Source of the DNA: Pristiophorus japonicus
Lineage: Eukaryota
DNA: 64,000 bases
Assembly (NCBI RefSeq): GCF_044704955.1
Contig: NC_091999.1
Coordinates: 58,218,001-58,282,000 of the forward strand
Reading direction: 5' to 3'
Made by a program: the position numbers and the translations under genes. The notes beneath the pieces were generated by a model. The model had not been told where the DNA came from. It searched no databases and was given only the letters and a program-made list of their open reading frames with translations. Shown here piece after piece: positions 37,472 through 51,449 of this stretch. How positions within the stretch are numbered: position 1 is the stretch's first letter; each line of letters starts with the position of its first letter.

Positions 37472-40400
37472 GCTCTCTGATCGGGAGGAGCATCAGTTGG
37501 AGGAGCTAGAGGGAGTGGGAGGATCGAGGCGGATAAAAGTTCTGCGGCAGATCGTCAGGAATAGCAGTCGCAGGAACAGCTGGTGTAGCGTCAAAAATCA
37601 AAAAGCAAAATAGAAGTAAAAAGAAATCGAAGGGTAATGTCACAGCCAAGCGGGTAAGTTTTTGGCTGGTTGATTGGTAAGCATTTTTTCTTTATCTATT
37701 TCTTTTCTTATCAGTAGGAAACCTTTGGCATTGTTGCCAAATTATGTTAATCTAAAGGTTAAGTCATGGCAGGAGAGCCCAGAGCCGTGTCCTGCTCCTC
37801 CTATGGTATGTGGGAAGTCAGGGACACTGGCTACTATGTGTGCGTGAAGTGTGTCGAGCTACAGCTCCTGTCAGGTCACATTGAGGCACTGGAGCTGTGC
37901 ATGGATTCACTCTGGAGCATCCGCGATGCTGAGGATGTCTTGGATAGCATGTTTAGTGAGTTGGTCACACAGCAGGTAAAGATGACACAGACAGATAGGG
38001 AATGGGTGACCATCAGGAAGAGCAGGGGAAGGAAGGTAGGGCAGATATACAGTTTTGGATACTGTTGAGGATGGTGGCTCATCAGGGAAAGGGAGCAGCA
38101 GCCAAGTTCATGGCAGCAGGGGTAACTGTGCTGCGCAGGTGAACTGGAAAAAGAGTGGAAGGTATATAGTGAGAGGAGATTCAATTATAAGTGGAAGAGA
38201 TAGGCATTTCTGCGGCCGCAAACGAGACTCCAGAGTGGTATGTTGCCTCCCTGGTGCAAGGGTCAAGGGTGTCTTGGAGCGGGTGCAGGGCATTGTGGAG
38301 GGGGAGGATGAACAGCCAACTATCGTGGTGCATATAGGTACCAACAATACAGGTAAAAAACTGGATGACATTCTACAAGCTGATTTTAGGGAGCTAGGAG
38401 TTAAATTTAAAAGTCGGGCCTCAAAGGTAGAATCTCAGGATTGCAATCAGTGCCACGTGCTATTCAGAGTTGGAACAGCAGGATAGTTCAAATGAATACG
38501 TGGCTTGAGGACTGGGGCAAGGGGGAGGTATTCAAATTCCTGGGACATTGGAACTGGTTCTGTGGGAGGTGGGACCAGTACAAACCGGATGGTCTGCACC
38601 TCGGCAGGACCGCGACCTAGGTCGTCGGTGGTGTGTTTGCTAGTGCTGTTGGCGAGTGTTTAACCGAATATGGCAGGGGGATGGGGATCTATGTAGGGAG
38701 GCAGAGGGAAGTAAAAAGGCGGCAGAAGCAAAAGATAGGAAGGAGAAAAGTAAGAGTGGAGGGCAGAAAAATCAAAAAGCGACATATTAAAATATAATTC
38801 TAAAAGGACAAAGAGTTTTAAAAAAACAAGCCTGAAGGCTTTGAGTCTCAATGCGAGGAGCATTCATAATAAGGTGGATGAATTAACAGCGCAGATAGCT
38901 TTTAACGGATATAATGTAATTGGGAATTTCGGAGACATGGCTCCAGGGTAACCAGGGCTGGGAACACAACATCCATTGGTATTCAATATTCAGGAAGGAT
39001 AGACAGAAAGGAAAAGCAGGTGGGGTAGCGTTACTGATTAAAGAGGAGATTAACACAATAGTAAGGCAGGACATTACCTTGACTGATGTGGAATCTATAT
39101 GGATAGAGCTGCGAAACACCAAAGGTCAGAAAATGTTTTCGGGAATTATGTACAGACCACCAAACAGTAGTAGTGAGCGTGAGGATGGCAAGAAACAGGA
39201 AATTAGGGATGCGTGCAATACAGGTACAGCAGTTATCATTGATGACTTAAATCTACATATGGACTGGGTAACCAAACTGGTAGCAGTACTGTGGAGGAGG
39301 ATTTCCTGGAGTGTATTTGGGATGGTTTTCTATACCAATATGTCGATGAATCAACTAAAGAGCAGTCCATCTTAGACTGGGTCTTGTGTAATGAGGAAGG
39401 ATTAATTAGCAATCTTGTCATGCGAGGGGAAGAGTGACCTTAATATGGTATAATTCTTCATTAAGAAGGATAATGTCACAGTTAATCCAGAGTCTAGGGT
39501 CCTGAACTTAAAGAAAGGTAAGTTCGATGGTATGAGACATAAATTGGCTAGGATAGAGTGGCGAATGATACTTAAAGGGTTGATGGTAGATAGGCAATGG
39601 CAGACATTTAAAGATCACATGGATGAACTACAACAATTGTACATCCCTGTCTGGCATTAAAATAAAACGGGGATGGAGGCTCAGCCGTGGTTTACACGGG
39701 GAATTGTGGATATTGTTAAATCCAAGGAAGAGGCACATAAATTGGCCAGAAAAAGTAGCAAACCTGAGGACTGGAAGAAGTTTAGAATTCAGTAGAGAAA
39801 GACAAAGGGTTTAATTTTGAGGGGTAGTGGGATACCGCAAGTTTCAGTGCTGGGACCCCAACTATTTACAATATATATTAATGATTTAGACGAAGGAATT
39901 GAAGGTAATATCTCCAACTTTGCAGATAACACTAAGCTGGGTGGCAGTGTGAGCTGTGAGGAGGATACTAAGAGGCTGCAGGTTGAATTCGCCGGATAAG
40001 TGAGTGGAAAAATGCATGGCAGATTGAGTAAAATATGGAGAAGTGTGAGCTTATCCACTTTGGTGGCAAACATAGGAAGGCAAATTATTATCTGAATCGT
40101 GAAATATTAGTAAAAGGGGAGGTGCAACGAAACCTGGGCATCATGGTACATCAGTCATTAAAATAGGCAGGCATGTACAGCAGACAGTAAAGAAAACAAA
40201 TGGCATGTTGGCCTTCATATCATGAGGATTTGAGTATGGGAGCAGGATGGTCCTGCTGCAGTTGTACAGGGCCTTGGTGAGACCACACCCTGAGTATTGT
40301 GTGCAGTTTTATCTCCTAATCTGAGGAAGGACTTTCTTGCTTTTGAGGGTGTGAAGCGAAGGTTAACCGGACTGATTCCCGGGATGGCAGGACTGACATA

Positions 40401-40852
40401 TGAAGAAAGGTTGGATCAATTGGCTTATATTCACTGGAATTTAGGAGAATGAGAGGGAATGTCATCGAAGTATATAAAATTCTGACGAGATTGGTCAGGT
40501 CGGATGCACGAACTTTGTTCCCGATGTTGGGGAAGTCCAGAACCAGGTGTCACAGTCTAATGAAAAGGGGTAAGCCATATAGGACCGTGATGAGGAGAAG
40601 CTTTTTCACCCAGAATATCGTGAACCTATGGAATTCTCTACCACAGAAAGCTTTTGAGACCAGTTCGTTGGATATATTCAAAAGGGAGTTAGATTTGGCC
40701 ATTACGGCTAAAGGGATCAGGGGATATGGAGAGAAGGCAGTAATGGGGTACTGAAATTGCATTATCAGCCCTGATCATATTGAATGGTGGTGCAGTCTCG
40801 AAGTTCCGAATGGGCTGCTCCTGCACCTATTTTCTCTGGTTTCTATGTTTCT
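37472..40852 (+). mobile_element. Near-complete CR1 LINE (5'UTR, ORF1 zinc finger + SGNH esterase, ORF2 EN/RT with internal deletion at about 39820, 3' repeats), decayed
   Basis: MAGEPRAVSC..CVKC; IVRGDSII; VHIGTNN; DGLHL; LNARSI; ISETWL; YRPPNS; GPQLFTIYINDLD; FADNTKL; 3' ttctatgtttcta. Confidence 0.92.
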
Positions 40853-41845
40853 ACACATTGTATTGTGTGTGCACACCTTGTATTTTGCGAGGACAATCAG
40901 AGTTGCATGAGTACATCTTGTATTGTGCACGTACACGTTGTACTGTGTGAGTAAATCTTGTATTTCGTGAGTACATTTTGTATTTTGTGAGCACTTTGCA
41001 CTTTGTGAGTACACCTCGCATTTTGTGCGTATGCCTTGTATCATGTGAGTAAACCTTGTATCGTGTGAATACATCTTGTATTGTGTGATTACACCTTGTA
41101 TTGTGTGATTACACCTTGTATTGTGAATACACCTTGAATTGTGTGATTACATCTTGTATTGTGAATAGACCTTGTATTGTGTGATTACACCTTGTATTGT
41201 GTGATTACAACTTGTAATGTGATTACCCTTGTATTGTTAGTGTACAGCTTGTATTGTGTGATTACACTTTGCATTATGTGAATACACCTTGTATTGTGTG
41301 AGTACATCCCGTAATCTGCCAGTTCACGTTTTATTGTGTGAGAATAAATTGGAATATTTGAGTACACATTGTATTGTGTGAGTACACATTTTATTGAACG
41401 AGTACATCTTGTATTGTGAGAGTACATCTTGTATTGTGTGAGTACACCTTGTATTGTGTGAATATATATTGTATTGTGGCAGTACACTTTAAAGCAGGTG
41501 AGTACACATTGTATTGTATAAGTAGACATTGTATTGTGTTAGCACATCTTCTATTGTGCGAGTACATCTTGTATTGTGTGAATATATTATCTATTGTGTG
41601 AGTACAGCTTCTATGGTGTGAGTACATCATGCATTGTGTGAGAATCCATTGTAATGTGTGACTGCAACTTGCATTGTCAGTTTATGCATCTTGTGTTGTG
41701 TGAGTACACCATGTATTTTGTGAGGATACATTGTATTGTGTGATTTCACATTGTATTGTGTGAGTAGTGCTTATATTGTGTGAGTACACCTTGTATTGTC
41801 TACCGACACATTATTTTGTATTAGTACACCTTGTATTGTGTGACT
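40853..41845. repeat. 20-bp minisatellite, right part
   Basis: Same unit as 36950-37470; the array is split by the CR1. Confidence 0.9.
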
Positions 41846-41864
41846 TCAATAGAAATACAAATTG

Positions 41865-43600
41865 GGATGCTGGAGTTTTGTCAGCGCTCAGAGGGCGGGA
41901 TCGGTGGAGAGTCAGCTATCAAAATAAAAACATTGACAGTGGGTTGGGACCGAGCACCATGCTACTTTCCCAGATGTCCGGTCTGTAAACTCTCAGCAGA
42001 CCCGCCACGCTGCAGCAGGCGAGGCAATTTAGGTCATTGTGACCTTGTTAAGAGTTTATTAAAAATAATGTTGAGCTGAACTTCCCATTTTGCCAGGTTT
42101 TCAATGAGATTCACACGGCTCGGGAAGCAGGACATCGGGCGATCTGTTACCATGAATTCATTTCTTTACCTGTTAGCTACAAATATGTTGTAATACTCCC
42201 ATCTCACAGCTGTTTGTATTTCAAGATTAAAACGTCTTGCTTACTGGGTTTGGGAGGCACATTGAACTTTGTGGACGTTGCACGTCCTAGGAACAATCTC
42301 TCATTGGAAGTTTCACTTTCGGAACAATCTCTCACCATTGATAGATCACTTCTGTCCTCTCAAGGTCACTTGCCATCTATTACATTAGCCTTTGGCAATT
42401 TAAGCTTTCTCACCTTGCTCCTCTGAATCCCATCACGATTAGCGCCAGCACCATAATCACAATTAACACAAGCAGCACCAACAACAACATCCTTCTCCGC
42501 AATCAACTGATGCTGCACAGGAGAGAGGGCATCAGAACTCGGCCATATTGCTGACCAGGACGGGAGGGATGGCCTGACCATGATTTACTTCAGCAGACGC
42601 TGTACAGCCTGCCTGTCACATAATGCGCCATTTTGACACCACTCCAAAAGAACATCATACAGCGTCGTTACAGTGCCCAAGCCACAGCTTTCACACTCGT
42701 TGCCATTGCGGGGGGTATCGTTATGTTTCAACATTCACACAGCTCATAGCATCACATCTGAAGGTGCGCATAAATCTGTCCAAGAACACAAAGTGATGAA
42801 ATTAAAGGTGTCAATGTTTGACAGCACATTAACAGAAACCTTGTATGATCATTGGCTAAACTACACATGCCTACCCTTGTGTGTTGTTAGTTGGTATAAT
42901 TGCAACAGGATGAGGGTGACTATGGGGCGTGGCTAGCGAGATGGAGAAGTTATAATGTAGATAGAGAGGGATAGGTGGATGTGCAAGGAAAGTTGATGTG
43001 CGTAAGAATGTGCAGGAAGTGATGGGGCTGTGGTGAGTGGCACAGCAGGATAAGGTTGAGAATGGCTTTGCAATAAAGGGTGTGATCCACTTAGATCATG
43101 GAAAGATTTGCACCACTGCAGTCTGGTCCTGCTGACGATATCACTGCCTTTGATTCCACTACAATGTGCAACCGTGCTGATTTGGTTTCCTGGGGAGGTC
43201 GCCCCTGCCCATAGTAAGTAACGAAAACGTCTCTCTGTGCTGCATAGGAGAGCCTGGGTGAAGCCGTGCATCTTTCTGCAGTGCGTGTCACTGTTTGTAG
43301 CAATTCAATGCTGTGGAACACTCAGAGCACAACTATTAAATTCAATTTCGAAAAGGACCCTTTCAGGAAACCGTCTGATGACGCGTCTCCAAATGACGTC
43401 ATCAGGCCCCCTTCCTTCAAACCGCCCGAGCAATGCTCTGGGCGGGCTTAACAAGCTTAATCAATGGATAATCTTATCTACATAACTGGCTGGAGCCAGC
43501 AGCGAGATCGGAACCTGCACGGAGCCACTGAGGTAGGCGAAAATGCGGCCATAAAACGAGCTGCAGGTTCATTATCAGCCGCTTTACACTACCTCTTGAA
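41865..43600 (-). mobile_element. Degenerate Harbinger-type DNA transposon remnant with a Myb/SANT-like exon
   Basis: 43090-43270 translates across frames to ..PRLS...RDV...SRTRLQWCKSFHDL, resembling the RTxxQCRKxFNDL Myb/SANT motif. Element limits are uncertain. Confidence 0.45.
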
Positions 43601-43629
43601 GTGAAGATGTGCCTGCTTGAAATGATTAT

Positions 43630-43778
43630 GGGTGAAATTGGTCTTTCATGGTAGAGGTAATCAGTAAACAGTTTTACAATTATCCCGGTTATCTGCCCAT
43701 TGACATCGAAGGAGAAGAAATTACGATTGAGCATATAACAGGTGGCCTATTCGCTACAGCCCGTCACTAATTTCACCC
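43630..43778. mobile_element. Small MITE-like element
   Basis: Terminal inverted repeats GGGTGAAATT ... AATTTCACCC; no clean TSD. Confidence 0.45.
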
Positions 43779-44329
43779 CAGTGTTCCTTCTGATTTTTAT
43801 ATTCCCGTGTTGCTAAGGACGGAGGCAATTTACAATATCCAGGTGTATATATCGCCCGGTATACGCAGTGCCTGACATTCAGTGTCTAACACCTGAGATT
43901 AATTCTTCGGCCCTGACTTTCAATATTGAGGTAGGATTGCAATTTGCAGCTATTACCTAAAACTGGCATCGCTGATCACTTGTCCTTATGGAAGCTGGTC
44001 GATTTTCATTTCCAGCTCCAACACCAAACTGCTCAGTTGGGATCGACCTTTTGTGTTCCACGTTCTACATATCTCAATCAATGCAAGCAGTCTGTTTCTC
44101 GCTCCCTTGTCCTATCTTTTCATAATTTGAAACATTTCTATCACATCATCCCATAATTAGGGTTCTAATCAATAAAAAAACAATTTTGGAAGATTTATTG
44201 ATATTTGTATACCATCATGCCAATCAGCATCGCGTGATTTTCTCTCTCTATTGCCTCACTATCCTTCCAACACTGCAATACTTTATACCGTATTCTTAAC
44301 TAAATCTCGTTAACCATGCTTTCCGTATA

Positions 44330-44770
44330 CTGACTCCAACCATCCGTTTCATCCATCATGCCCTGTGCTTGCTGACCTACACGAGTTCCTGGTCGAACAA
44401 CGCTTTGATTTGAACGTTCTCACCGTTGGCCAAATCCTTCCATTGCACCACACCTCCAGACTTTGTAACCTCCTTCAGCCCTACCATCTTTGATCATGAA
44501 TGCATTCCTTCAATTATGGCCTATCCCCCATCCCCAATGTTCTTCATTCCACCATTGGTGGCCATGCCTTCAGCTCCCTAGTCGTTAAGCTTTGGAATTC
44601 TCTCTCGAACCGTGCTATCTCTCTCTCGTCATGAAAGACGCTCCTTAAACCTATCTCTCTGATCAAGCATTTGGTTATCGTTCCGTATATTTGGCTCAGT
44701 ATGATACTCCTGTGAAGCGTCTTGGGACGCTTTACTACGTTAAATTCGCAATATAAATGCAATTTCTTGT
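44330..44770 (+). mobile_element. L2 LINE 3' end
   Basis: ccctgtgcttgctgacctacac...ccatgccttcagct...ttggaattc...tactacgttaaa..atataaatgcaa. Confidence 0.7.
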
Positions 44771-47085
44771 ATTATATAGTTTCATTATTATCTCTTGGCT
44801 TTTATTTTCTATTCCACTAGAGATAAAATCTAGGGGTTTATCCCCATTTAATTAGTTGCTTCTATTATTGGGGATTGCAATCTTCAATATTTTCGTTGTC
44901 GTACAGTGTGCATGAAAAGACAACATTGAAAAGTTGCACATGAGTAACAGATGGGTCCCCGGTTGTAAGGAACATTCGACATGTGAGGGTTGATGTGTAG
45001 GTCATTGGTGAGGAATTTATCATTTCTGGTGAAGGGCCTGTAACCGAAGCCAGGTTCTTTCTGTGTTCTTTATAGATGCTGATTGAGTTGTTGTGCATTT
45101 CCATCTCAGTGGTTTATTTTCAGAGCTGCAACATTTGCAGTTTCATTTCAGAGGGTTTTGGTTCATTTTTGTTACCCACTTTTTATTGTTATTTCTCATA
45201 ATGCGCTAATGTTGGCCTTTAAATCGGATCTTTCGGCGGCTTCTAGTGGGTTTCCTAGCAGAAATGATTGCGTTGCTGATAATGAAAGACTGAATATAAA
45301 CTGAATACAGACTACATTTTGTAAACCAATGTAGATATCAGACGAGAACGATCACATGTATCGGATAGAATTTTTAAAAAGTGAGGCTGTTAAATCAATT
45401 ATTCAATCAATGATTACATTTATCGAATAAGTTAACTTAAGCGATTATGTTTAATTTATACAATAATTATTAATTGAGAGAGTCAGTATCACTATCAAAT
45501 AAGGTGAATAGTTTATTTACTGGATAGAACGTTGTTCAGGTATGGCTGCTTAGTGTTAATGGGTAATTTCGCGATGCTCGATTCTGAGACACTCCTGATG
45601 GCCAGAAGTGGATGAGCAAGGAAGATGGCATGGAAGACATGCTGCTTGCGCGTTCAGCATAAAACCGGGCTAGATAACCGAGGAGTGATGGGTTTGACAG
45701 GAAAATCGTTAAGGCTGAGTAGACAGAATTAAAATTTAACATGGATCATAGGACCAGTGTTTAAGACATAATGAACGTTGAGGGAGTCGGAGGGGTCGAC
45801 ATTCATCGGGGAAGCTGGAACAGGTCTTGAAACGGTCATTAGGGTGAGAGTTGGGCACAGGGCCTAGTCGTAGGCCAGTAGAACAAAACAAGTTTTGGCT
45901 AAGATTTATTTAAAAAATGTACATTAGTAGCCACGCGTAATTAAATAAACTATAAATAAGTTTGATGTTTTTGTCTTGTAAATATTATATTTAGTTGCAA
46001 AGAGAAGCTACAATATTTTAGTGATAGATGAACATTTGATATAAAACAATAAGCTGCATGAAATTTCCATTTAAATATGTTCGCATCTAATTGAGTGTGA
46101 CACAAAACTCTGAGAAAAAATTGAGATAGAAAGAGTGATGAACAGGAAATTCACGTGGCATGTAGCGTCCGGATATTGGGAGATCTCAACCCAGGAGCAG
46201 CATCGGGACACCCGTTTGGTGACCCGAATTGCCGGCCTGGCGTAAATGAGGCCGTTGCTTCAAAATCACAGGGACAGCACTGATCTTCGAATTCAACTCG
46301 ACCTTCCCGTACTATCACCATATCCCTTGATACCTCCAATATGCAAAAATCTATCGATTGCAATCTTGAATAATAATATGCTAAACATATTTTTGCTTGC
46401 TCTTGGTGACTAAAGGAAAGTGACTTTCCATTTTTACATGTTGGCAAATGTTTGTGCGAATTTATTTCATTACATTAATAGAAACTGCTAACTATTTACT
46501 TACACAATTCCGGCATAAAGGGCGTTATAGCGCTTTAGTTTGATGTTACACAGCTGCTCACTTTACACTATAAAAAATCGCCAAATCTTCAACCAACTAT
46601 TTTCCTCAAATTCAGTAACGGTTTCTATTTAACTAGGAATAATAATACTGAATCAGTATTGTAGGACTGGGGTGAATTCCTACTTTTGCTGCCAGGCAAA
46701 AAATGTGTCGCAGGCAATCCGAGCCCCTTTGCACACCAATCTATTTTCATCGACTTTGCCCATTATAATGATCGCTGTTTGTGTTAAACATTGAAGTAAA
46801 TCGAAATGAAACACAGCCGATGCTACACTCTTGATAAAGTATAAGGATCCATCATCTCTTGAACAGAGCATTCGCGCACACATTCCCCCTCCCATTTCTC
46901 TATCTGCGATTATATATCGAAAATCTATAACCACACATATTCTCGAACTTTTTTACTTTATTAATATTGACAGAACATGCAAGTATGTCATACTTCTACA
47001 CTTACTAGTAGGATACCCACCGGTTTATAAGAACTATGGATCAACCCAGGATAATTCTCAGCACGGAGTGCAAAAGGATAACTGA

Positions 47086-48872
47086 TGGGGCCAAATTGCC
47101 CATTTTTAGAGGCCCGTTAGTGCCTCCAGGGGTGCCAACGGGGCAAAAGACAATTTTCGCAAGGGGTGGGGGACACTCCTGGCTCCTGGTAAATTGCACG
47201 GGAATTTGGAGAACGCTTCCCGCAAGGCTGGCGCGCGCTGCAGCCAGAAGTTAAAGGTAATGTCGCCAGAGCCCGGCGACATCATCTTCCTCGTTTTGAC
47301 AACTCTCGGGTTAGCACTACATGTCCCCCTCTGGCATGGTGAAAGGGTACTGCACAAAATAAAGTTCACTTGGATTGTGACATGTAAAGAGGATTGGCTA
47401 ACCAGCAGAGAACAGAGTGTCGGGATGAATGGTTCATTCTCTGGTCGGCAACCAGTAACTAGTGGGGTGCCGCAGGGATCAGGCTGGGACCCCAACTATT
47501 TACAATCTATATTAATGACTTGGAAGAAAGGACTGAGTGTTACGTAGCCACGTTTGCTGACGATAAAAAGATGAGAGGAAAAACAAATGTGTGAGTGGGA
47601 TACAAAAAATCTGCAAAAGAACATTGAAATGCTAAGTGAGTGGGCAAAAATTTTGGCAGATGGAGTAAAATGTCCGAAAGTGTGAGACAGTTTGGCATAA
47701 AAAAATCAAAGAGCAAGTCATTATTTGAATGGCAAAAGATTGCAAAGTGCCGCAGTACAGCGGGACCTGGGCGTAATTGAACATGAAATACAAAAGGATA
47801 GTACGCAGGTACAGCAAGTGATCAGTAAGGCCAATGGTATCTTGGGCTTTATTGCAAAGGGGATGGAGTATAAAGACAGGGAAGGCTTGCTACAGCTATA
47901 AAAAGTTTTGGTGAGGCCTCCCCTGGAACACTGTGTGCAGATTTGGTTTCCATATATAAGCAAGGGTATCATTGCTTTGCAGGCAGTTCAGAGAAGTTTC
48001 ACTAGGTTGCTTCCGAGAATTCTGCAGTTGATTTATGAGGAAAGGCTGAGAAGGTTGGCCCTATATTCTATGGAGTTCAAAAGAAGGAGAGGTGATCTTA
48101 TCGAAACGTATAAGATTATGATCGTGTTTGACAAAATGCATGGAGAGAGACTGTTTCCACTGATGGGGGAGACTAGAACTAGGGGGTATGATCTTAGAAT
48201 AAGGGGCCGCCCATTTAAAACAAAGATGAGGAGGAATTTATTCTCTCAGAGGGTTGTAAATCTATGGACTTCGCTGCCTCAGGGAGCTGTGGAAGCTGGG
48301 ATACTGAATAATTTTAAGTCAGAAATAGACAGTTTCTTAAACGATAAGGGGATAAGGGGTTATGGGGAGCGGGTGGGGATGTGGAGTTGAGTCCATCATC
48401 AGATGAGCCATGAACTTATTGAATGACAATGCAGGCTCGAGGGGCCGTATAACCTACTTCTGTTCCTATTTTTTATGTTCTTATGTTCTTATGGTCCGAG
48501 CCACAATCGTGGAGCCCGTTATTCTCTTTTGGATGCCAGGCTGCAGGACCGGTACCACGCAGTCCTGGTGGTTTAGTGGAGACCACCAGAGGTTTGCAAA
48601 GTGCACAGAGGCCCTCCCCTTTAGGCGAAGGGTAGGGGCATTAAACCGCATCAGCGTTATGTTGAGCATCTGTGTAGCACTGCACTACTCACCCTGTTAG
48701 CGCAGCTGGTACCGCCACTAAAGTAAGTGGAACGCGCGAGTTTGCACTCCACTTCATTTGAGCGGCAATAAGCCAAATTCTGCAACCGGGGCGGGACTTC
48801 CACACTGGGCGCAGGATGTCCCAACCCCAGCTGGTTACCACCCCAATCAGGGTGCAGGGCAATTTCGCTCCG
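47086..48872. mobile_element. Harbinger-like MITE carrying a nested CR1
   Basis: TIRs GGGGCCAAATTGCCC / GGGCAATTTCGCTCC, flanked by TGA at 47083-85 and 48873-75. Confidence 0.6.
47385..48493 (+). mobile_element. CR1 3' part nested in the MITE
   Basis: [32 protein letters not shown]; 3' (atgttctt)n. Confidence 0.9.
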
Positions 48873-49536
48873 TGAGCTTTCGCCGATTTATATACCTAGA
48901 TGTGAGATCAGTCGCTCTGAACCTATCAATTCTGAGATTATTCTCATGTTGTGTTTCTGTTGTCATGTGCCACATCACCTGTAAATGGAAATGTGGCACC
49001 ATAGACACTCCAGTCTCGCTGGGGTTATAGTTGTGTGTATGTAGAATATATAGAGTTTGTTTGGTTATAAAGATCAGAAGTCAACAGAATCGAGAACAGT
49101 TTGGAGGCGTGTTAGCTCCAAACAAGCGAGAAATCTTACACATACCCTTTGATGCTCCTTAAATTGCATTAACATGAATCCTCCTGCTTACTGAGTATTC
49201 TCTTGTAGTATCCCAATGGTCTCATCTAAACCGTGGTCGGCTCTATCAAATAATACATTCTCATAACACCAACTTATTAATACTGACGATTGTATTTTAA
49301 GTTACTTTCCTGTTACATTATACTGTATCCTACAGTTGACAACTAATTATCGGGAAAAATGTCGAGATACAGGTGACACTGGAAACGCACTAATAATTTT
49401 TGGGGTATCTTTTGTAAACGGTGTTCTGCTGTGGTTGGATGAAGTCTCAAAATGTCACAGAATAACTGTCACACTTATGTGTTTGCTGAAACTTTGACTG
49501 GTAGCTTCCCAATGTTAACTTTCTTCTTAGTCTCAG

Positions 49537-50444
49537 TTAATTTAGTGGCAATTGTGATCCTGTCCCAAGGAAGGTGCGGTCTCTCCAGATGTACCACTCG
49601 GTACCTTGTGTCCATGGCGGTGACGGATCTTCTGGTCATTATCACAGCTGTGATATTCAATCGGATTTGTGGCATTTATTTTCCAGGTAGTTTTTTGTCC
49701 CTGACCCCGGCGTATACTCTTAGTCCTGTGGTAATTTATGCAGCCACGGAGAGTTCGGTCTTGTTAACGGTCGCGTTCACCTTTGATCGATTTGTAGCCA
49801 TTTGTTGCCAGAAGCTGAAAACAAATTATTGCACCGAGAAAACAGCGGCTGTGGTTATAGGAACGGTCTGTTTACTGAGCTGTTTAAAAAGCGTTCCTTG
49901 GTACTTTATATACGAACCGCTCTATATAATCAACAAGGTCCCGTAGTTTTGAAATATTAAATCAAGCTTCTACACTTCACTCGTGTGGATAGCGTATGAT
50001 TGGTTTGCTCGTCTTTTCAACACAGGCCTCCCATTCTTCCTGATCTTGCTGCTGAATGCTCTGACCGTCAGACACATTGTAGCAGCCAACAGAGCCCGCA
50101 GGAGGCTCCGGACCCACATCAATGGAAAGAACGATAGTGACCCAGAGATGGAAAGCCGGAGAAAGTCCATCATTTTACTCTTCACCGTCTCGGGCAGTTT
50201 AATCCTGTTATGGATGACGTATGTTGTAGATTTCTTGTATGTGAAAATTACAAACGGATCTTATTTCGCAGGTTCCAATTTCAATGAACCCAATTTCATT
50301 CGCCAGGTAGGTAGAAACATGCTCCAGCTCCTAAGTTGCTGCACCAACACGTGTATTTATACAGTGACACAGAAAAAATTTAGGGAGAAGTTAAAGCATG
50401 CGGCAAAATATTTTTGCAATCGAATTGTAAATTTAGTAAACTAG
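49537..50444 (+). pseudogene. GPR139-like class A orphan GPCR, main coding exon with two nonsense codons
   Basis: Acceptor ctcag at 49535-36. NLVAIVILSQGRCGLSRCTTRYLVSMAVTDLLV, FTFDRFVAICC, LPFFLILLLNALTVRHI, RRKSIILL, LLSCCTNTCIY. TAG TTT TGA at 49944-52, in frame between the two ORF-track halves. First exon not identified. Confidence 0.85.
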
Positions 50445-50633
50445 AAAAGCTTTAAGAGTCGGCTTCAATTACTACTCGGATTATATCTTGGTGTCTTTCT
50501 TTTCTTCGGCCTGACATTCTGTCATGACATTGGTCTTTGTCGGCCTTGTAAAATGTGCAGCCGATTCGCTATTGCCAGCTTTGCACTACCGCTCCCTTCA
50601 AGACTGTCCCCTTCGTCCGTGACTATTTTCCCC

Positions 50634-51055
50634 TTAAGAACATAAGAACGTAAGAAATATGTGCAGGTGTAGGTCATGTGGCCCTTCCAGCCTCATTTGC
50701 TGGTCAATAAGGTCATGGCTGAACTTGTACATCATCTCCACTTCCCATTCCCATATTCGTTTTGAGCCCAAAAATCTATTGACCTCTGTCTCGAATATAC
50801 AACGACTGAGCCTCCGCAGCCCCCGGGAAGATAAAAATTGCAAATATTCACCATCCTCTGAGTAAGTAATCCCTCCTCATCTCAGTCCTAAATGGCCGAC
50901 CCGTTATGCTGCGTCTATCACCCCTAGTCCTAGAATTTCCAGCGAGGGTAATCATCCTCTTATCATCGACGCTGCCAAGCCCTGTTAAAATTGTCCCCGT
51001 TTCAATGGGATCACCGAATTCCTCTAAACTCCAGAGAATATAGGCCTACTCTACT
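50634..51055 (-). mobile_element. CR1 3' fragment
   Basis: taagaacataagaac terminal repeat; reverse complement of the ORF2 end. Confidence 0.8.
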
Positions 51056-51449
51056 CAAGCTTTAATCTCTCGGTCTGACACGAGGCCACTTCCTTCTCCA
51101 TTTTAACCCTGTGGAAATCAAAGGATAATGCAAAATGATCTGGCAAATCGTCAGGTCAGTAAAGTTCACAAAGGAACACGAACAAATGTGTAATAAATTC
51201 CTTTGTGTATTTTCTTAACATGGACTTTAAACCTATTAAAGTGTGCGCTCCTGGGCAAAAAATACCAAAGTTAAGTTCTCAAGAAGAAACTTCATCATTG
51301 GAAGGTCTGCCCTCCTATTACTGTTCCAAATTGGCACAATGTTTTCCTGACGCTGCACATTAGGTTTTGATACAGTCACAGCCACGGTCTCGACCATGTG
51401 GTACATCGAAATGTCTGTCAGCAAACACAGTCGCAACTGCAATCTTTAC

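Noticed and set aside
47036-47085. MDQPRIIL as GPCR exon 1
   Set aside because: No TM1-like sequence or suitable donor, even after removing the MITE.
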